Positions 37,830 through 48,562 of a DNA stretch of 57,198 bases are shown one piece after another. The translations under genes were made by a program, and so were the position numbers. Numbering within the stretch: the first letter of the stretch is position 1; each line of letters opens with the position of its first letter. The notes under the pieces were generated by a model. It worked only from the letters and a program-made list of their open reading frames with translations. It ran no database searches and had not been told where the DNA came from. The DNA lies in NCBI GenBank assembly GCA_025201805.1, contig MU619302.1, positions 66,770-123,967 on the forward strand, read 5' to 3'. Source of the DNA: Parasitella parasitica NRRL 2501 (taxonomy: Eukaryota; Fungi; Mucoromycota).

Positions 37830-39194
37830 ATGGTGAACACACAAGTAACAAGTTTAGAAATCGGGACTATCCCAACGGATACACAAGAAAATACCACAGC
37901 AAATGATATACTGTGTCAGAAGGTGCAGCAATCAAACATGATAAATGAGCAAGACGAGGATGATGCGGCCGAGACCGACACAATCAGTCTGACAACTACT
38001 GATGATGACGATGACAGAGAAGACGAGTCCGAAATCATTCAGTTGCAATACTATGACGAAGAAGTTGACGAATACTATATCAGTGGAGACGAAGCCGAAC
38101 AACAAGAGGAGAGAGAGGAAGGAATGCTGTATGGCCGCCCTGGCTATAAACGAATGAATCTCAAGGGCGAGTCTGAATCAGATAAAGACTTGATCATTTA
38201 TTCTCTGAATGAATCGCTGCAAATTCACAAGGAGATTGTCGAGCGTATACAGGGAGAAAAAGACGACATTGAATACCACTATGAGCAAGATAAAGAACTT
38301 GAGAATCAAAGGTTACAGAAAGAACGGGACGAAAAAGAGGAACAAGCAAAGGTTGCTGGGGAGAAACTCGGTCGATTAGAAGGACTGTATCAGTCGCTAG
38401 TCAAAGAACTAGAGGCTAAAAAGCTGGAGTATCGGCGAATGGAGAGTCGCTTCCATTCGCATGTGAAAAGCATTCGCAACTCAACAGATCAAGCGTCGAT
38501 AGAGCAACAATTAAAAAATTTAATGCAGAGAGTGAGTGATCTCTGTTTGCCGTTGAGCGACACAGCAACGGCAAGTACACTAGATTATTTTTTCGGCTAC
38601 TGGCCAGACATGATGGAGCACTTCTTTGAAAATGAAGAACTAGATTCAACAGCCATCTCCTTACTCACAGAAAAGCTATTGATGGATACAATTATGCAGG
38701 ATATTCTGCAGACGTCTATACATCCCGGAGTCTCCCTGAATCATGCATTTGGTAAAATTCACCATTGGGTGGATAAACGAAATACGTCTTGGGCTGCGCG
38801 AATGAAACAACAAATCAGTAGTTTTGTTGTCAAGCAATCTAAAGAAGAAGCAGAGGCTAGCGAGGCTGCCAAAACTCGCATTATAGAAACGTCATCGCAG
38901 CAATTATGTCAGATTTACAACATTGTTGATGCCAAGCAAGTGGAGGAGATCAGACTGAAATGGTCACATGTAGTTGATGATGCATTTAAACTTGATACTA
39001 TCATCAAATGCCAGGAGCACCCCACTGTAAAAATTTTGCACATTGAAGAAGGAGCGTACTACGATGAATCAACAATGAGTAGCAGCCGTGAAGGCGATGT
39101 AGTCGCGTTCGTCGTTACGCCACCTTTTGCGGCTTCCGCCTCGTCAAGTGATGAAGTGGGATTTCTTATTCCAGCAAAAGTGTACTGTGTTTAG
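37830..39194 (+). CDS. Hypothetical acidic/coiled-coil protein, 454 aa
   Basis: Long intronless ORF with D/E-rich N-terminus, central coiled coil and C-terminal PPF...IPAKVYC. No family recognised. Confidence 0.8.
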   Translation: MVNTQVTSLEIGTIPTDTQENTTANDILCQKVQQSNMINEQDEDDAAETDTISLTTTDDDDDREDESEIIQLQYYDEEVDEYYISGDEAEQQEEREEGMLYGRPGYKRMNLKGESESDKDLIIYSLNESLQIHKEIVERIQGEKDDIEYHYEQDKELENQRLQKERDEKEEQAKVAGEKLGRLEGLYQSLVKELEAKKLEYRRMESRFHSHVKSIRNSTDQASIEQQLKNLMQRVSDLCLPLSDTATASTLDYFFGYWPDMMEHFFENEELDSTAISLLTEKLLMDTIMQDILQTSIHPGVSLNHAFGKIHHWVDKRNTSWAARMKQQISSFVVKQSKEEAEASEAAKTRIIETSSQQLCQIYNIVDAKQVEEIRLKWSHVVDDAFKLDTIIKCQEHPTVKILHIEEGAYYDESTMSSSREGDVVAFVVTPPFAASASSSDEVGFLIPAKVYCV

Positions 39195-39303
39195 TTCAGC
39201 ATTACATAGTATTTTAATCTCATTTTCATTCTTCTTCAAATAAACCAGCTTTTCCCTCTCCCGCCCACCCTTCCCCCCCCCCCTTTAAATTACGAGACAA
39301 ACA

Positions 39304-39969
39304 ATGAATAAGGAGAAAATGGCAAAATATGCCATAAAGAAATTTATTGCCCATAATCAACAGGGTACTTCAAGCCAACCACAGACTTCAGGCCATCCAC
39401 AGACTCCAAGCCAATCAACATCTGAACAACATCCAAAGAAGCACTGGTGGAGCAAAGCTGAGCCAGCAGATGCTATTCTTACGCCTAAAGAGAGAGAAGT
39501 CCTAAGACGAGTGAAGAAAAGAGCTATTTTACTAGACAAGGGAATGAATTGCTGCTGTTGCCAAATTGGACTGGATGGTATCGTAGGTGAGTTTTTTTTT
39601 TTTTTACTGTTTCGATTTCCGTACCTGATGTTCCCAATACCGTCAGGTTTACTTCCGGTAGTAGGAGATGGTTTAGGACTACTGTTAGCATTGCAGGTAG
39701 TTCACATGGCTATGGAAGCGGACATCCCTTCATCTCTTGTGTCAAAAATGATGTTAAATATTGTGTTTGATTTCGCGATTGGTGTTGTACCTGTTGTGGG
39801 CGATATTTTAGACATCATGTTTAAAGCAAACACCAAAAATGCCATTCTTCTGGAAGACTACTTGATGAAAAGAAGAAAAGGTTCATCAGATCCTCCTAGT
39901 TCAAACCGAGAAGCACTGTTACCAACTCATCTCGAACCCTCTGTTCAATATGCGTCAACTTCTCAATAA
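39304..39969 (+). CDS. DUF4112 membrane protein, 2 exons
   Basis: LLDKG..IGLDGIVGLLPVVGD..KMMLNIVFDFAIGVVPVVGDILDIMFKANTKNAILLE after removing the 60-nt intron 39587-39646. Confidence 0.88.
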   Translation: MNKEKMAKYAIKKFIAHNQQGTSSQPQTSGHPQTPSQSTSEQHPKKHWWSKAEPADAILTPKEREVLRRVKKRAILLDKGMNCCCCQIGLDGIVGEFFFFLLFRFPYLMFPIPSGLLPVVGDGLGLLLALQVVHMAMEADIPSSLVSKMMLNIVFDFAIGVVPVVGDILDIMFKANTKNAILLEDYLMKRRKGSSDPPSSNREALLPTHLEPSVQYASTSQ

Positions 39970-40209
39970 CCTCTTTGATAATCCTAAACTTATTTATACA
40001 TATACCTTGATAAATTATGGATCGTTGACGCGTCGCAATGGAACATGTATTATTACAGTTATTTTGAGTACCTCAGTACTGAAATTTAAAAAAACAAGTC
40101 TTTTGTGATCTCACGTGCAATGGTTTTCATACATTATATTCTTGAGGCGTGAGCTTGACACTGCTGCAAGCGTCGCATGTCTTGACAACTGCTTGGTGAT
40201 AACATACAC

Positions 40210-40529
40210 TCTGCAATAAATAAATAAATAAATAAATAAAAAACTGAGCAGCTATATAACTATATTTTCACACATAAGAATCGGCTCATACATGCATTAC
40301 TGTAGCTATACATGAAAACCACAATGAATCTATTTGTGGCCTAATAAAACCTTTTATTATGACATGATAACACAATATCTAAGCAATTCTATATTTTTAA
40401 AAGCTTATCAATTTAAATAGCCAACAGCCGAAAATAGCAATTTTTATGCAATATATACATATGATACATCCAGAATAATCTATTGCGCCAGTGTAAAGGG
40501 CGCAGCGAAGCGTTGCGTAAATGTCATGT
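40210..40529 (+). mobile_element. Possible short non-autonomous Helitron remnant
   Basis: GC-rich hairpin CGCAGCG-AAG-CGTTGCG (40501-40517) in AT-rich DNA, followed 7 nt later by CATGT (a degenerate CTRR|T). A TC followed by (AAAT)n at 40210 is a possible 5' end. Confidence 0.4.
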
Positions 40530-41458
40530 AAAAGGTGATAAAGACTTTCTCTGAATAAAATCAGATACAAAACTGAAGATTTTTACATGATATCTATTTA
40601 TACTAATCACAATGTTTATCTTCGTAGCATCTGATGTTTGACAAAAAGTGTCAAACCTTATTAAATCATAGCATTTCCAGGACAGACCTATTCTTCTATC
40701 TTGCATTAAAAAGAAGATATGAGTAATCCGACATCCCGCGATCTGATCTAGATGTAAACTTTGATTAAGCCTAAAACCTTGGAAGAGGTTCAATTACAAC
40801 TTGTAGCAGCTTAATCCTTATTTGTAAAAGAATTGCCAACAATTAATATCATGATCCGTACACTATAATGAGATTTGGGCTCCAAAAAGAGCAAAATTTG
40901 GAAAATGCTTTGAGATGCATAGGACTCGAATATGTTGTGGAATAGTGCAAAATATGAATGTTTTGGCTCAAGTTTATGTATGTCCATTGCTTGGTGGTTT
41001 GTAAAAATTTTAGACATTTTAAAATTATGATAACGTTTTGTATAAACAGCACAATAGTGGTAATTTTAGGCTTGATCGACACAGGCATGATCAGGACTAA
41101 TTGAGTACGACTCGATTTTAAGAGTCTGGATAGTCATTACTTGTTAAAAAAAACAGCTTGATGCACATACTCTAAAAGTAGTATGTCGAGGTTTGGAATA
41201 GAGTAGCATATGACATGTAATGTGAGGTTGGAGATTCATGAAACACATTTAGAATATACGCATTCAATAATATAGAATTACAAGAGTTGTGAAATGTAAA
41301 TACGCAGCGAAATTTCCAAAATTGTTGGATAGAATATAATAAAGATAAAGGTAATATGGTAAATATTATGTATAAATGTAGTAGCAATAGATTTGTATGC
41401 AAAAAAAAAAAAGAAACTTTAAAATAAACAGATTTTTCATAAATACACGGATTTTTTT

Positions 41459-44400
41459 TTAAGATTTGTTGTTCCAGAACCCAATAACACTGGATACGTT
41501 ATTGTTATTACCATTAGTGGCGATAACTGGTAGCGATGAACTACTGCTACTGCCGTCTGCAAAGGACTTGTCGTTAACTATTGGCGTTCCGTTTGCTAGA
41601 AATGGTCCTTGATAAGATACAGGACTCAGAGGAGTCCACTCACTATCTGATTGTAAAGAACTGGGAAACTTGAAGCTGCTTCCATTCGTTACTACGAACA
41701 TGCCATCAGTGATTCTCATTCAATTAAACAAGTTGAAGGCACAAAGTATTACATACGTATAAAGCCATCATCTTCAAATGGATTGTGGTTACTGGCACGG
41801 GTTTTATCAGCTTTCGGGATATCTATCGACAAGGTTGGTATACAGCCTATGGTATTCAAAGTTGAAGTCAAAAAAAAACTTTACCTTGGCCATCTTCCCA
41901 CCACTTCTTACTGTCAGAGCTAGGAGGAGGGACTACATAATTATCAGCTTACAGAAGATTGATAGATAATCAAACAAAACGTACAATCGGTCGAATCAAA
42001 AGAAAGATCTATTAACGTGTCAACAAAGGAATCTGATAATTTTGTTGAGCTGGTGCTTGGAACAGTGTTTTTCCGCTTAGGAAGTTCAGGTGGAGGAGTT
42101 GAACGAATTTCGATCGAGCTCAAACTTTGATATAACTCCTTTTGCAATTTCACTTTGGCTTCATGATCCAAAGTTAAGACCTATTTATCATGCTTTTTTC
42201 TTTAGCATTAAAGGCAAAAAAAAGGTCTGCTTTCTTTCACTTACGTCTGCTTCAAATAGTGAAAGTACTGAACGCATAGATAAACCACATTAGTCACTGC
42301 CTATGTTTGTATGTTGGTAAGATTTTACCTGGTCTATGGTCTGATGTATATAATTCGGCACGAGAGTACTGCAATTGATTTAATTGTGATCCTTTGAACA
42401 AGATGCGGTCTGTCCAACCAGGGATTCTTTGCTTTTCACTATCATTGTATTAGAAAAGAAGTTTTCATTAATTACTTTATATACATCTACCTAGTGTCGT
42501 AAACATCTGTTCCGTTGTCATATTTGTATGTTGGTAAAAAGGTAATGAAGCCTTCTTGATATCCGTTAAATACTCTCCCTTGACGCATTTCTCTCGACAG
42601 CTATTGCAAACTTTTTAAATATATTGCCAAATAACTCGGGTAGAGACATTTACCTGATCATTTCTGAATAACGCCTCAATATTACCTTCGCTCGCATATA
42701 ATCGAGCCTATTGTAAATAACATAAGTTGATAAACCCTTCACCTTTTCCGTTGGAGATTACCTCTTCATTTGGTAAAGAAACTCGATAATTTAAATCGCT
42801 CACCCAGATGACGTTACTAGGAAAATTGAGTTGAGCGTTTCATACATGATCCCCAGAGCACCTTACTTGTGGCTATCAATGGTTTTGCCTCTCAAAAAAC
42901 GCAAACCTTCATTGATAGTGTGATAATCAGCATTGCGATCGTCAACATTGGAATGCCCTGAGGCAAGATGTGCTGCAACAAAGCAGAAGCTTGTGTCACC
43001 ATAGTCCATTCTGATAGCAACAGCGCCCTTGTTGCCAGCAATGCCCATAATGCCAGTCTACAATATGGTCAGATTTCGTTGAAGTGCATCAAACCACTAC
43101 ATATACCTTTTTAATAGAAGTTTCTACATTTCTAATTTCATCCACAATATTTGATTTTACAAAGATGATAAGAGCAGCACCAACTAATTGATTTGATCTT
43201 AGAAGAGTGTACTTTGATTTTACACCTGATCGAGAATTGAGCGTCTTTTCAATGTGCTGCTCCCAAATCTGTCTTTTCTCTGCGTCTGTTGCCATGACTT
43301 GTTGTGGAGATAATTCGACAAGCTCTTGGAAACCAATGACATAGATATCAGGTTCCTCATCATTCCCTACTTGCATAGTTAGCATATCATCATCATTAAC
43401 ATTGCACATGTACATTGTTATTTACATCGAAAATGTTGAAGAAGCCAAGGATCCAGTGATTCCCCATTGAACCCTTTTCCATTTAGGTTGTAAGAGCCAC
43501 TAAAAATCGTAATTTTGCGGCTACTCGAGTATTCCTTGACTCTTTTTGTCAGCTGTCGGGTAACATTCTCGCTGATAGGATCGTGAATAGCAATGATAGA
43601 TTGATATGCCAATTTTCCTAGTAATTGATCAATGACTTCTTGCTTTGCTTTATCTTGGAAATTGTTGATGTAGAATCGATTTACAGATTTTGTTGCATCA
43701 CTCAATACGTTCATGAATGTCACTTTGCCGGTTCTTGTAAACGCCGATTTCAAAGCACCTGTGCCTGCATATATTCTGGAAAGACTATCACCATTTTCTG
43801 CCCATAAGTGTGAATGACGAGAGATGACCCGCTCCAAGTTAATGCGTCTCTCTTTGAATCGATGATGTATATAGCTACTCAATACTTTTTTGGATATAAC
43901 GTTCTGCACGAGGTTTGTTCTGTCGAGGCAATCCATACAGTTTGTACGAAATACTCCCTTCTGTGTAAAAATAATTTGGTTGTCGTCAGTGTCCATTAAA
44001 AAGAATCCATAATCATCCAGGTATCGATCAATATCCATCATGAGAATAGCGACATTGTCGTAATTTCCACCTCTGCATTCAGCATGTAGATCGAAATTAA
44101 CCATTTTCACTGCCTTTTCGTCATAGCCCAGCTGTCTGACAGCTGTATTAAATTCGTTGCTCAAAAGCGTTTCGCCTCCAGACGTGTCTCTTTGCGCCAA
44201 AAGGTTGATGCTGCACACTGCATTGTAACGCTCGAGTAGCTCGTCGAAATGTCTTTTCACGGCAGGTTGGGTTGCAGCAGCGCCTCTCGATATTTGGATC
44301 TTATGCTGAACTAGTTGCATACCTTGTTGCTCCCAAAAAACTGTTGCCAGAATGTTTAAAAAATAGGGCGTTGTTTTGTGGTTCCCATTTTAACAAAAAA

Positions 44401-45440
44401 GAAATTACCTGGTACGCTTCCCCTGATCTGCGTGTACGAATAGCAAATCCTATCCGAATAAAGCACTGTTTCGGTCTAAGGAAGAACAGGTTAACAATTA
44501 GTATATCATTGGCGCATTACAAACGAACCTCGACGAAATTGGCGACATGCCCATCATCATCTATGCCTCTTGAATTAAACCGGGTGCCAGCACGCTGACA
44601 ACTTAGTTTTGAGATGACTGATAATTCAAACTTTTCACCATCTATATCTACAACCTCTACACCCACATATCCTCTAATAGCAAACACCAGAAATCCACCA
44701 CGGTCAAGGTCCATCTGCTTCTTCCTATCCAATTTGGATCTGAAATCCAACAGTCCAGACATTAAAAACTGGTTCCACAGAAAATGCTTGTCGAATGAAT
44801 GAACACCTAGAGACGCCTTTGATGTACTATTGTATGTATCTAATGAGCAGTGTAAACAGTATAAATACATTGATATGTAGCCCTTACCGTGCTTGTACAG
44901 TCTTTGTCAGGTCGAAATCTGGAGTGAAATAAAAGCTACCCACCGAGAATAGCTTTTGTAACTGAGCGCACGGATGCTGCAAGACATTGCCGTTGCCTGA
45001 CTGGTCCCAGTCATCGTCCCAGTTTGCAGGGTCGACAAAATCGTCATAGTTGTTTGACGAAAGGGAGTAAAACGACACTGATGATATCTTGTATACCTCT
45101 TCTCCTGCTCTAATTCTTCCGACAGACACACAATCCGTGACAATAGCGACAAAGCATTCTACAAATAGACTCGCTTGAGCAACAAGAAACGTCTAAATGC
45201 ATTTGCGTACGTACCTGATCGCACAGTGATTAAACCCAAACAGCCAAATACCGGACGCGAGTTGAGTATTCGCCATTGATTGTCTTCAAAGTCTGAGGGG
45301 CCGTATAATTTCGCCATCGCTCGGCTACTGGACCCTTCATATTCCTCAAACACTAAAACACCCGATGGAGCCTCTTCTAACACTGTTGGCCGTAAAGCAA
45401 GCGCTCTTGGATTCTCTCTCAAAAGCAAATGTGTTTGCAT
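41459..45440 (-). CDS. INP52: Synaptojanin-like phosphoinositide phosphatase (Sac1 plus 5-phosphatase), multi-exon
   Basis: [44 protein letters not shown] (Sac1); [20 protein letters not shown] and PGWTDRIL (5-phosphatase). Paralog assignment uncertain. Confidence 0.93.
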
Positions 45441-45446
45441 TATGTC

Positions 45447-45660
45447 TCTTTTCTTTTTTTTTTTTGATTTTTTTTGCCTTTTTTTTTTGCTTTTTTTTTT
45501 GCGCTTATTTTTTGCTTTTTGTTTGAGTGTACCAAGAAGAAAAAGAGTGTATGTTTTTTCTTTTTTTTTTTTGATTTTTTTTGCCTTTTTTTTTTGCTTT
45601 TTTTTTTGCGCTTATTTTTTGCTTTTTGTTTGAGTGTACCAAGAAGAAAAAGAGTGTATG
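45447..45660. repeat. Tandem duplication, ~107-bp unit x2
   Basis: Two near-identical T-rich units, each ending GAGTGTACCAAGAAGAAAAAGAGTGTATG (ends at 45553 and 45660). Confidence 0.9.
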
Positions 45661-45959
45661 GAAAAGTGTTGCATTTCGCCTTTTTTTTTTTTAATCAACT
45701 TGAAAACCAGACAATCATGATGGTGATTGGATATCAGACAACAATGTTCAGTTAGTGCTTTTGACATCTTTGGTGGTGGTCAATTGATCCTTGCCTCTGT
45801 ATAAAAAGCGAATTGCAGCCACGACTTTTTTATTTCAAAAACTCACAGAATCAATTGCCTAATGATAATGCCATAATATCGACGCCCAGGAAGTTCGTTT
45901 CAGGTCTACATGACACTGTGGGGCTTGTCTGGTCTTAAAATTGCCATACTGATTCGAAA

Positions 45960-46259
45960 CAAAAAGAGCCTGAAGGAAAAAGTCATTGTTAGCACCATTG
46001 ACGAGTACATCACTTCAAAATCATGCAGCCTCTGTTTGTCCAAAAGCTTGAATGTCAAGACACGCTATTTTAAAGGAGTTGGTGTTCTGTCTTGCGAAAA
46101 GCCGCCTCAAGATCTAGTAAAAGAGCCGTCAACGCAGCTCGAAACATGTTGGCCATATCCTAATCCATTTGGCGTGGAAAAGTTAGACCAGCAATCGTCA
46201 AACCTCAAGAAAAATGTGAAATAACCATAGCAAACAAGGGTGTCCCTGACAGAGTTTAA
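45960..46259 (+). pseudogene. Fanzor/TnpB-like nuclease C-terminal remnant (RuvC-II, zinc finger, RuvC-III)
   Basis: VIVSTIDEYITSKSCSLC...GVLSCE, then after two 1-nt slips KI**RAVNAARNMLAIS*SIWRGKVRPAI, matching the DE..TS..C..C / WxRDxNAAxN pattern. Confidence 0.8.
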
Positions 46260-46743
46260 GATTTTTACAAGTAGCAAGTCCATACATGAATCGTTTCTGT
46301 CCAAAGTTTGTTTTAACTTTTGCGAAAATGCCTCAAGTGGAAAATGCTGTATGAGCACTACAAAATCATTTGGCGTTATTTCTAGGCATTTGAATCGACT
46401 AGAAAGAGCTTGGATAATTCTAAACTATGCAAAACAAGCGCATTGGTGATTACAAAATGTGAAATTTACTCGGTAATATATTCCACAGTGCATGCAGTAT
46501 GATGATATCTGCTATACGAAAGAACAGGTTTTTAGTTTGCAAGAACGAATTTTTGTCAAGCATTTAGTAATTTAAAGTATTCATTGGTTATTCCTACTCA
46601 CATTATTTCTGGCTTTCCACACTCCTAATAATAAAACTACCACTGGTGCCACTGTTAGGACGGGGTTCAATAGCATTGCGTTACCAAGATTCAACCAAAA
46701 GCTGCCTTCCTGTTTTTTTTACGTGTTGTAATATTATACAAAA

Positions 46744-47817
46744 ATGAGCAGATTATCAGCAGCGACACACTTCAAGTACCTTGTAAAAGGGATTAGTGAA
46801 GCTTTCAACTGGAATCGAGTCATAAGTCTGATTACAACGTAAACGAGTAAACAATTATTTCTTAATCATAGATCATAGATATTTATTTTGTGATAGCTCA
46901 AAAACGATTCAACACACTCTTCTCAAAAGCATCGCATTAAACGGTATCGCCTATTTGGGTATCCTCATCACGCTAGAGGCATTTTATAACACACCAGATC
47001 ACCATCTATTTGGATATTCGTATACAGTCAGTATTACCAGTATATACAAAAATCTCTTTATTCAGCTAAAATTTTAAAATAGGATTTGACAGGCTATCCG
47101 CTGTATCTCATTTGCCTTATAGTTAATTCAAAATTGTACAGTAAAATTGCAAATTACCAGGCATCAGAGCAACAAACGACAATCAATCTTGTTTCGTCAA
47201 TCAATACCATCATTTTGTATGGCAATTTTGCTCTTTTCATTACATTTTTGCGGTGTGTTCCACTAGTGGGATCGGCCTTATCGTTTCTCACCTACTGCAT
47301 TATCATGTCTTACTATTGCTTCGAGTAAGTGATGGGCAAAACTCGATTTTTTGTTTCAAAGCTTAACGTTCCTATCTGAAAGATACAAGTGGATCAACCA
47401 GGATTGGACAATTGAACAGCGAATGGTGTATGCCGAGGAACATTGGGCATATTGCCTAGGATTTGGATTGCCTGCGACGACGATTGTCTTCTTTCTGTCT
47501 ACGCTAAGAGCAGGCGGTGTTTTTGCATTAGTCTACCCTAGTGTAAGTTAACTTGATCCATTGCAGGATACAAGGAGTTCTGACATGCTGCTAATTAGTA
47601 TGTTATGATGGCATCTGTCGCGTCCCCAGAGCCATTAACAACACGCAACATGGCCGATTCAGCTGGGCCATTTGCACTGCCTTTCCGGGCGCCTGTTTTC
47701 TTTGTCATTCGACTTATGAACCAAGCTATCATACGAGCAATTCAAACATTGGGCGGATCAAAAGCCGAGACTTTCGGGGTGGAGAGGAAAAAGGACAATT
47801 TGGGTAAATTGGTGTAG
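46744..47817 (+). CDS. EI24: EI24 (etoposide-induced 2.4) family membrane protein, 5 exons
   Basis: LKSIALNG...YSKIA...SYYCFEYKW...RMVYAEEHWAYCLGFGLP...FALVYP. Introns GT-AG. Confidence 0.85.
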
Positions 47818-48562
47818 ACTTGAATAATGGCTGTTCTTATTCTTAGAGAGGAGAATTTTAATTTAATAAAAAAAAAAAAAAAAAAAAAAAAAGGATGTTC
47901 TGGCATGTCATGGTTGCGACGGAAGGAAATGAAGGGTCGAGCCAGATACAACATCCAAGCATTTTATGACGTTGACAAAACCGACAGGATTTGCACTAAT
48001 GGTGTTCTGATGCAGCACTTGAATTCTTTTTTTCCCAGCCAACGCACTGAGTGAGATTTCTTTGATAGTAATTATCCACTCTGGAGCGCTACGGTAAAGA
48101 GAACCAGATCTTGCACAGAACAAGCCAGTGCCTAGCAAAAAATTTGGCAACTTGGATTATTTTGTCATTCTCGATAATCCTGTAGATCCTACCCGCTGAA
48201 GCTGTGTCTCCGGTGTCGAGCGAATAATGCATACCCGACTGGTAAGTCATGCTCATTCTGTTGGTGCTATTGTACCAATGTAGCAACTGGAGTGGTAGCA
48301 TTGCCAATACTGCTGCAGACATTAAAAGCATTTTTAGCAGAAAACCCCAAAAGATGCTTTGATCACTTGGGTGCATTAAGAAGACCAGATGTCGAACAGA
48401 GACCGTATTGCAAGATCTATCATGCCAGGTGTACCTACTACTAGAGTGCCATGTTCGCAAGGGGATTTACAGTCACTTTTGAGGCGAAAAAGAGGTTGTA
48501 ATTCTATAGTCACCGTTCATGTCAAATGAAAAAAGTTTTAAATCTTTTTCTTTACTTTGATC

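Noticed and set aside
45280-45755. Phe-rich ORFs
   Set aside because: Artefacts of the duplicated poly-T tract.
48470-48539. CAGTCAC (Homol D-like) and TGAAAAAAGTTTT (RRPE-like) upstream of NOP9
   Set aside because: Short imperfect matches in AT-rich DNA; cross-species conservation is needed before calling them.
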